NCBI GenBank assembly: GCA_023229865.1 | Contig: JALNYL010000001.1 | Location: forward strand, 23,008 to 87,007 | Reading direction: 5' to 3' | Length of the DNA stretch: 64,000 nucleotides | DNA from: Minisyncoccota bacterium | GTDB lineage: Bacteria; Patescibacteriota; Minisyncoccia; Phycocordibacterales; UBA1550 | Part shown: piece by piece, positions 57,908 through 64,000 of the stretch | Numbering within the stretch: the first letter of the stretch is position 1 | Layout: every line of letters starts with the position of its first letter | Made by a program: the position numbers and the translations under genes | The notes under the pieces: generated by a model | Seen by the model: only the letters and a program-made list of their open reading frames with translations | Databases searched by the model: none | What the model was told of the DNA's origin: nothing

Positions 57908-58699
57908 ATGGAAAACGAATTGAACCTGCAAGGGCTCACCAATCTACTTCTTGAGCCGTACAAACTCGTCACCCTTGAGCCTCAAAAACTCAGCGAGGAC
58001 GGGAAGACGGTAATCCTCGCCCCCAAGCGTGGCGACAAGAAGCTCGACGACGAATACATCGACACTGCGACTCTCCCCTTCATCAATCTGGGGGAAGCAG
58101 GCATCGACCCTGAGCAGTCCCAGCATCGTGTCTTCCAAGAAATCAGGGAGCTCCTCAAGGATCGCTTGTTCGTCATCGAACCGAAGTTTGAGTTTTGGGG
58201 ACTTTTCTACGCGATGCCATTCATCAAGGCCGCCCTCGAGTGCACGGTGATTCAACTCGAATTACAGAAAGGAAATTATTGGCTTCGCAAAAAGGAAACC
58301 CCTGAACAGCAAATCGATAATTTCCTGAGCAAATATCAGGCTGAACTTTCGATTAGCATCAAAGGTGGCGCAATCCCCGGACTCAATCTCTCGAGCAATA
58401 TTCGCGGATTCACCCTTGAAGTCATCGGCTTCATCATGCCCCCTGAACGCGTCTGGCAAGAAGACACGCTCAAGGTCGCTGCAATCGGCGCGGTTTTCAA
58501 CATCATCGCCACAAAGACGGGGCTCAAGGAAACCGAAACAGACTACAAGAAGTATCTCGAGGAAAACAGTCACAAATGGTGGTTCTCCTGGTGGAATCGC
58601 ACCCGACAATGGGAAGAAGAACTCTCCCAAAGGAAGGATGCGTTCGCAAAAAACCACAAGGAACTCAAGAGAATTCTTCTCGAGCTCCAATGTGCATAA
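57908..58699 (+). CDS. Hypothetical protein
   Basis: SD AGGAGG; 263 aa; terminator 58701-58740. Confidence 0.8.
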   Translation: MENELNLQGLTNLLLEPYKLVTLEPQKLSEDGKTVILAPKRGDKKLDDEYIDTATLPFINLGEAGIDPEQSQHRVFQEIRELLKDRLFVIEPKFEFWGLFYAMPFIKAALECTVIQLELQKGNYWLRKKETPEQQIDNFLSKYQAELSISIKGGAIPGLNLSSNIRGFTLEVIGFIMPPERVWQEDTLKVAAIGAVFNIIATKTGLKETETDYKKYLEENSHKWWFSWWNRTRQWEEELSQRKDAFAKNHKELKRILLELQCA

Positions 58700-58746
58700 C
58701 CCCCGCCCTGAGCGCATCGCGCTCAGGGCGGTTTTTCTTTTGCTCG

Positions 58747-58816
58747 TTGACACCCGCGCTGACGAGTGGTAGTTTTAAAAAAGCCGCACATCACAACCAC
58801 ACGAACGGAGGCAATA
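58747..58816 (+). promoter_or_regulatory. Cassette promoter/leader, copy 2
   Basis: TTGACACC-...-AGTGGTAGTTTTAAAAAAG..GCAC...ACACGAACGGAGG. Confidence 0.8.
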
Positions 58817-59056
58817 ATGCCACACGATCAAGTAGTCATCGAGGAGCTCGCCCGTAAGTATCTCACTATCCCCGAAGAGGAGGTGGTGCAAGAATATTTA
58901 CTCGATAATAGAACCAGCGATGCGAAGCGATGCCTTCTCGCCAAGATTGACCTACTCTGGGACAACAGAGACATGATCGACCGGGAAGCATTGCTCGTAT
59001 ATCAAAAGCTCGGTGTCAGACCCAGGGATTGCTTCTTGCAGCCCCATCCGCTCTAA
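58817..59056 (+). CDS. Hypothetical protein
   Basis: SD GGAGG; terminator about 59064-59098. Confidence 0.7.
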   Translation: MPHDQVVIEELARKYLTIPEEEVVQEYLLDNRTSDAKRCLLAKIDLLWDNRDMIDREALLVYQKLGVRPRDCFLQPHPL

Positions 59057-59113
59057 CGCGCACCCCGCCAACAAAATTCGTTGGCGGGGTTTCCTTTTGT
59101 GTATAATAGATAA

Positions 59114-59599
59114 ATGACAAATTCCATCCCCTTTGAACACGAGCGACGCTTTGTCCCCGACGCAAAAGTGCTTCCTTTTGATTACAAAAAGTACCCCATG
59201 AAATCAATCCTCCAGGGGTATCTCAAAGACGCCGCGGGAACTCGCCTCCGTGATGAATCAGACGAGGATGCCCACACCTATCTACAGACGAGGAAAACAG
59301 GATCAGGGGTTTCGCGCACTGAAGACGAACACGAAATCACCAAAGAAGAATTCGACACCATGTGGCACGACGTCGAGTGTTCTCTCTCGAAAAGTCGCTA
59401 TTTCATTACGTGGGACGACATCGATATTGAGTTTAATGTTTTTCATGGCGCACTCGATGGGTACATGCAAATCGAAGTCGAATTTGACTCACACGACGCC
59501 GCAGTAACCTTCACTCCCCCATCCTGGCTCGGGCGCGAAGTCACCGACGACAAATCGCACGGCAATTACGCACTCGCAAAACACGGCATACCAAAGTAG
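59114..59599 (+). CDS. CYTH-domain protein
   Basis: EHERRF, QGYL, RLR, K.G.G..R.E.E, KSRY, EVEF. Confidence 0.9.
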   Translation: MTNSIPFEHERRFVPDAKVLPFDYKKYPMKSILQGYLKDAAGTRLRDESDEDAHTYLQTRKTGSGVSRTEDEHEITKEEFDTMWHDVECSLSKSRYFITWDDIDIEFNVFHGALDGYMQIEVEFDSHDAAVTFTPPSWLGREVTDDKSHGNYALAKHGIPK

Positions 59600-59702
59600 A
59601 AATTTACATCGCCCTCAAGGTCAAAGATGAGCAGAACTCAAGCTGTGGAAAACCTCCCACATATAATAGGTTGCATAGGTATGTGTGTGGTAAAATATAT
59701 CC

Positions 59703-60620
59703 ATGAAAAAAACAATTATTATATTAGCGGTTCTTGTTCTTGTTGGTATCGGTGCGTACTTTTTTATTAAAAATTCAACAAAGACCCCTGTTCCCGAAGT
59801 GCAGGCTCCTGTTACTACTACGACGACTACAAAGACCCCCGCACCACAGCCTGTCGTAAAAAAACCAGTTGTAGACACAACAAAAACAGTTCTTGGGACC
59901 TCGGTTGAAAAACGCGATATCACCGCGTATCACTACGGCACCGGAACTAAAGAACTTTTGTTTGTTGGTGGTATCCATGGTGGATACGAATGGAACACAT
60001 CACTCGTTGCTTATGAGCTTATGGACTACCTCGCGGCAACACCTACAGCGATCCCCTCAAACGTAAAAGTTACTGTCATCCCCGTATTAAACCCTGACGG
60101 GCTCAACAAGGTTGTTGGTACCCCTGGTCGTTTTACAAAAGCAGATGTATCAACTTCAAACGATATCGTTATCTCTGGTCGTTACAACGGAAACACTGTC
60201 GACCTCAATCGTAACTTTGATTGCGACTGGCAGACCAAAGGACTCTGGCAGACCACAAGCGTGAGTGGTGGCAGTGCGGCATTTTCTGAACCAGAAAGTC
60301 AGGCTATTAAGAATTACGTAGAAGCTCACAAGCCTACTGCTGTTGTTACTTGGTATAGCTCGGCTGGCGGAGTGTTCTCTTCTAGTTGTCACAACGGAGT
60401 TCTCCCAGAGACAAAAACGCTTACTAATATTTATGCAGCAGCATCCAAATATCCAGCGTATGAAAGTTTTGATTTCTACAGCATTACGGGAGATATGGTG
60501 AACTGGCTCGCGAAGAAAAACATTCCTGCGATTAGCGTGCTTCTCACCACACACCAGGACACTGAGTGGGATAAGAATCTCGCCGGCATCAAAGCTGTCC
60601 TCAACCACTACGCTCAATAA
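59703..60620 (+). CDS. Membrane-anchored M14 carboxypeptidase-like protein (probably inactive)
   Basis: GGIHGGYE, NPDG, VDLNRNF, SEPE; lacks the third Zn ligand and the catalytic Glu. Confidence 0.85.
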   Translation: MKKTIIILAVLVLVGIGAYFFIKNSTKTPVPEVQAPVTTTTTTKTPAPQPVVKKPVVDTTKTVLGTSVEKRDITAYHYGTGTKELLFVGGIHGGYEWNTSLVAYELMDYLAATPTAIPSNVKVTVIPVLNPDGLNKVVGTPGRFTKADVSTSNDIVISGRYNGNTVDLNRNFDCDWQTKGLWQTTSVSGGSAAFSEPESQAIKNYVEAHKPTAVVTWYSSAGGVFSSSCHNGVLPETKTLTNIYAAASKYPAYESFDFYSITGDMVNWLAKKNIPAISVLLTTHQDTEWDKNLAGIKAVLNHYAQ

Positions 60621-61522
60621 TGAGACTGCGACAAAGTAAACAACTCCTATTGCTATTAATAGTCAGTGTTGTTGCTGTGCTTTCTGCTGTTGTGATGGTC
60701 ATTATTGTTTTTAGTAATAAAAAGACAGAAATAATAACTGAGCCAGCAAAAACAGTGACCACGGAGATTACGAAGTCTCCTGTCCACAAAATAATCGGCA
60801 AGACAGTAGAGGGAAGGAGTATTGATGCATATATATACGGAACGGGTAAAACTCATCTGATGTTTATTGGCGGAATCCATGGGGGATATGAGTGGAACAG
60901 CGTCCTTCTTGCATATCAATTTATTGATTACCTAAAAGCAAACCCCGAGATCATCCCCGAGAATATAACCGTTGCTATTATCCCTTCTGCAAATCCAGAC
61001 GGAATATATCGCGTCACGGGCACAAACGGGCGGTTTACTACAAACGACGTGACAACCGCTTCCCTTCCTGACGGGACAGGGAGATTTAATGCGCACGGTG
61101 TTGATCTTAATCGCAACTTTGATTGCAAGTGGAAACCAAAGAGTATGTGGGAGAGTAAGGTTGTAAGCGCTGGCACAAGCGCATTTTCAGAGCCAGAAGC
61201 GGTTGCTATTCGGGATTTTGTGAAGGAGTTCTCTCCTGCGGGCGCTGTTTTTTGGCATAGCAAATCAAATGCTGTTTATGCATCAGAATGCACAGATGGG
61301 ATTCTCCCAATCACTCTCAAGATTATGGATGTGTACTCCCGGGCGTCAGGGTATTCAGCAGTAAAATCATTTGATGCATACGAAATTTCTGGTGACGCAG
61401 AGGGCTGGCTCGCATCAATCAACATCCCCGCGATTACGGTTGAACTAAAAACTCACGAGACGGTCGAATGGGAGAAGAATTTGGCTGGATTTACAGCACT
61501 ACTGAGATACTACAGTATCTAA
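60620..61522 (+). CDS. Membrane-anchored M14 zinc carboxypeptidase
   Basis: GGIHGGYE, NPDG, VDLNRNF, FWHS, ITVEL. Confidence 0.88.
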   Translation: MRLRQSKQLLLLLIVSVVAVLSAVVMVIIVFSNKKTEIITEPAKTVTTEITKSPVHKIIGKTVEGRSIDAYIYGTGKTHLMFIGGIHGGYEWNSVLLAYQFIDYLKANPEIIPENITVAIIPSANPDGIYRVTGTNGRFTTNDVTTASLPDGTGRFNAHGVDLNRNFDCKWKPKSMWESKVVSAGTSAFSEPEAVAIRDFVKEFSPAGAVFWHSKSNAVYASECTDGILPITLKIMDVYSRASGYSAVKSFDAYEISGDAEGWLASINIPAITVELKTHETVEWEKNLAGFTALLRYYSI

Positions 61523-61649
61523 GTAGTACCAAGGGTGTCCATTATAATTCCAACCTCGCAAAAGAGGGCACGCAAAACTAATCGACGCAGACTTGTCAGT
61601 GGCGTTTTTGTGGTACAATTTATACATTAGTAATTTAGTAATTAAAACA

Positions 61650-62456
61650 ATGACCAAGAAAATTTTTGTGCCCGTGGTGGCACTCAGTTTGTTTGCCTTC
61701 TCAGGTTTTGCGTTTGCAATAAACGACACTTCAATAACAAATTCAGGGGTTGTGAATACTGCAGCGATTGCAAATTATTCAGAAGCTGAACTCGTAGCAC
61801 TCATCACAAAGCTCCAGAAGCAACTCGAGCTCGTACGCCAAAACACCGTTCAGTGCGTACTCGCAGAAGCCGACCTTTCTCTCGGTGACGGAGAAGACGC
61901 AACATCAAAAGAATACACAAAGAATCTCCAGGCGTTTCTTAAGGAAAAAGGATATTTCAAACTTGAGCCAACAGGATACTACGGCAAGGTTACGCGCGCT
62001 GCGCTCCAAAACTTCCAGCGCGAAAACGGCATCGAACAAACAGGTGAGCTCAACGCAACAACCCGAACATTTATTAAAAGTCTCAAGTGTCGCAAGGAAT
62101 TCTCAAATAAAAAATTTGAAGTGAAGCCAACTCCAATGCCAAGCGTAAAGGAAGTAAAGGAACCAACTTCAAGCGCTACTCCCGTGACAGCTATCTACGC
62201 AGCAACAAGTGGCAATATGGTAAAGTGGCAAACCACTGGATACTCAAAGAACGGTTACAAAATCGTGTACTCAAAGAATGCCAACCCAACCTACCCTACA
62301 CGTGAGGGCGATCAGTACATTTATTTGACGGACCCAAACGCCTACAATACCAAGCTTGAAGCGTTTGCAGGCACCGGAACCTACTACGTAAGAGTCTGTG
62401 AATACCTCGGCGGCTCATGCGGAATGTACTCAAACGAAGTTACGACTTCTCTGTAA
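61650..62456 (+). CDS. Secreted peptidoglycan-binding domain protein
   Basis: Signal peptide; LQAFL..KGY...TGYYGKVTRAALQNFQRENGI..TG (PG_binding_1 pattern). Confidence 0.85.
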   Translation: MTKKIFVPVVALSLFAFSGFAFAINDTSITNSGVVNTAAIANYSEAELVALITKLQKQLELVRQNTVQCVLAEADLSLGDGEDATSKEYTKNLQAFLKEKGYFKLEPTGYYGKVTRAALQNFQRENGIEQTGELNATTRTFIKSLKCRKEFSNKKFEVKPTPMPSVKEVKEPTSSATPVTAIYAATSGNMVKWQTTGYSKNGYKIVYSKNANPTYPTREGDQYIYLTDPNAYNTKLEAFAGTGTYYVRVCEYLGGSCGMYSNEVTTSL

Positions 62457-62527
62457 AAAATCTCAGAACACAAAATAAAGAGGGCGACGCCGTACGGCGT
62501 CGCCCTCTTTATTTTGTGTTCTGCTCC

Positions 62528-63124
62528 CTACTCCTTGTACATATAAATAGTAAAATCCCACGGGAGATAATTGGAGGCGACAGCCACGTGAGGCGAGATT
62601 GTCTTGCAGTACCTGACCACCTCATCCTTGTCATACGCAATAAATGTATCGTCTGAGGGGTGTGCAAGCTCATTGAGCATATTAAATGCAATGCCACACT
62701 TCGCATGGTCGTACATGGTTTTAATCGTATTGAAATAATGCGCCTTCGCATTAGGAATCGCAAAGCTCAGCACTCCCGAAGCAAGAATGTAGTCATATTT
62801 ACCCTCAAGAGTTTCTGCGTCACCACAAAGAAACAATGCGCTCGGGAAACGTTCACGCGCTCGCTCGATAAACGCAGGGACAATATCAATCCCCACGTAA
62901 TCAACGGGGGTACTTTTTGAAGCAAAAAATTTATACAAATCCCCCAGACCACAGCCAACATCAAGCACGCTCACATTCCGCTCGGGAATCATTTTAGCAA
63001 GCGCTTCGAAACGCACTGCTTGGGTATCAGCATCGGCCCAATGAACACTGCGCGGGTCATTACCAAACTCCGCAAGAGCTTTTTCGTAGAAACCAAGAAT
63101 CTTTTTTTTGTCATCGTGGTTCAT
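62528..63124 (-). CDS. Class I SAM-dependent methyltransferase
   Basis: VLDVGCGLGD, GIDI, YDYILASG. Confidence 0.9.
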   Translation of the reverse strand: MNHDDKKKILGFYEKALAEFGNDPRSVHWADADTQAVRFEALAKMIPERNVSVLDVGCGLGDLYKFFASKSTPVDYVGIDIVPAFIERARERFPSALFLCGDAETLEGKYDYILASGVLSFAIPNAKAHYFNTIKTMYDHAKCGIAFNMLNELAHPSDDTFIAYDKDEVVRYCKTISPHVAVASNYLPWDFTIYMYKE

Positions 63125-63252
63125 ATATCTTAATGATACTCCTTATTTTAAAAAATACACAAAAAGAAAGGAAGTTATCCACCGTGCAAATATTTGATAA
63201 GGACGAGACGCCATGCTAGTCTTACAAAAGACATTTACCAAGGAGAAACGAA

Positions 63253-63510
63253 ATGGAAAAAGGATTTCGAGAGGTAGTATGCCCAGGCTCAACAGTACAG
63301 CGCTGTGGGCAAAAGATACGGTTAACCGTAACAAAAAAGGATTACAAAAAGGTAGTTGAGGTTCGTTGCCCAAAATGTGATGTGGTATTCCAGACAACAA
63401 TCCCCGAGCCAGCTCTCCGCTCGGGAGGAAAAGCATCATCCTTGTTCGACGAAAAAGACCCTTTTGGTTTCTTCAAAACAGCTGACGATATATTCAACGC
63501 CAAGAAGTAA
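63253..63510 (+). CDS. Small zinc-ribbon hypothetical protein
   Basis: CPG....RC...CPKC; SD AAGGAG; terminator about 63517-63550. Confidence 0.7.
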   Translation: MEKGFREVVCPGSTVQRCGQKIRLTVTKKDYKKVVEVRCPKCDVVFQTTIPEPALRSGGKASSLFDEKDPFGFFKTADDIFNAKK

Positions 63511-63630
63511 CCCGTACCGTCAACGATTTTTCGTTGGCGGTTTTTCTTTCCTATACAAACACTCAAAATTGTAGTAAATTCAAAAACAGGAACACACAGC
63601 ACATTACATCAATCACTCAAGGAGGTACGT

Positions 63631-64000
63631 ATGAACAACCAGCCACCCAAAAGTGTCATCCTGATTCGCCACGGAGAGTCCGAGTACAACTCGCTCGCCA
63701 GACGCAAAGAATCCGAGCCTCTTTTCCAAAAGCTCAAAGCGTCCTATGACCGCAGCCCCACCTCACGGAGGACTCGCGATCTCGCAGAAAAGCTTCAGAA
63801 AAAACTCACTGCACCATGGGGCGACCACAACATACCACTCACCCAAGAAGGTATGCGTCAGGCAAAAGTTACAGGAGAGAAACTCAGGAACACACTCGCG
63901 AGCACTGACGTCATCTTCGTCTCGCCCTACGTGCGCACACGAGACACTCTCGCACATATGATGGACGGCTGCCCAGAGCTCCGCTATGTGCCTGTCGTGG
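63631..64000 (+). CDS. Histidine phosphatase family protein (runs off the window edge)
   Basis: MNNQPPKSVILIRHGESEYN...PLTQEG..QA...FVSPYVRTRET; SD AAGGAGG; not in the ORF track. Confidence 0.9.
   Translation, partial: MNNQPPKSVILIRHGESEYNSLARRKESEPLFQKLKASYDRSPTSRRTRDLAEKLQKKLTAPWGDHNIPLTQEGMRQAKVTGEKLRNTLASTDVIFVSPYVRTRDTLAHMMDGCPELRYVPVV

Noticed and set aside
56903-58816. CRISPR array or integron attC sites
   Set aside because: The repeats are separated by whole genes and are terminator/promoter sequences; no cas or intI gene and no convincing RYYYAAC...GTTRRRY boxes were seen
52341-59056. Prophage
   Set aside because: No recognisable integrase, terminase, capsid, tail or replication genes
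1-64000. Alternative genetic code (TGA=Gly, as in some CPR lineages)
   Set aside because: Core genes are uninterrupted in code 11 and priA ends at TGA

Overview
About 64 kb of chromosome from a reduced-genome bacterium, most likely Patescibacteria/CPR (Parcubacteria-like). This placement is inferred from the gene set, two mreB copies, degenerate PriA/HolB, a truncated Rel and Shine-Dalgarno (SD)-less core genes; the genetic code appears standard. The core scaffold is ftsQ-like, serS, dprA, topA, rel, parB, murF-ftsI-ftsL-rsmH-mraZ, lysS, greA, mrdA-mreC-mreB, proS, rseP, frr, holB, a second mreB, murA, priA, def, fmt, cyclophilin, hpf, pyk, tRNA-Glu and tRNA-Asn. Accessory content includes a six-gene flavinylation/redox operon, an AT-rich defence islet beside tRNA-Glu (nuclease-helicase plus DpnI), a LemA-like gene pair, and tandem M14 peptidases of which one looks inactive. 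The strongest unexplained signal is two coexisting expression grammars. Core genes lack SD motifs and are often leaderless, whereas more than 25 mostly small genes of unknown function carry a strong GGAG(G) SD, and many of them sit in self-contained TTGACA/-10 promoter-gene-terminator cassettes. Some cassettes are bounded by duplicated terminators and share promoter or operator sequence. No CRISPR array, integrase or transposase was recognised. All calls are by eye; no database searches were run.
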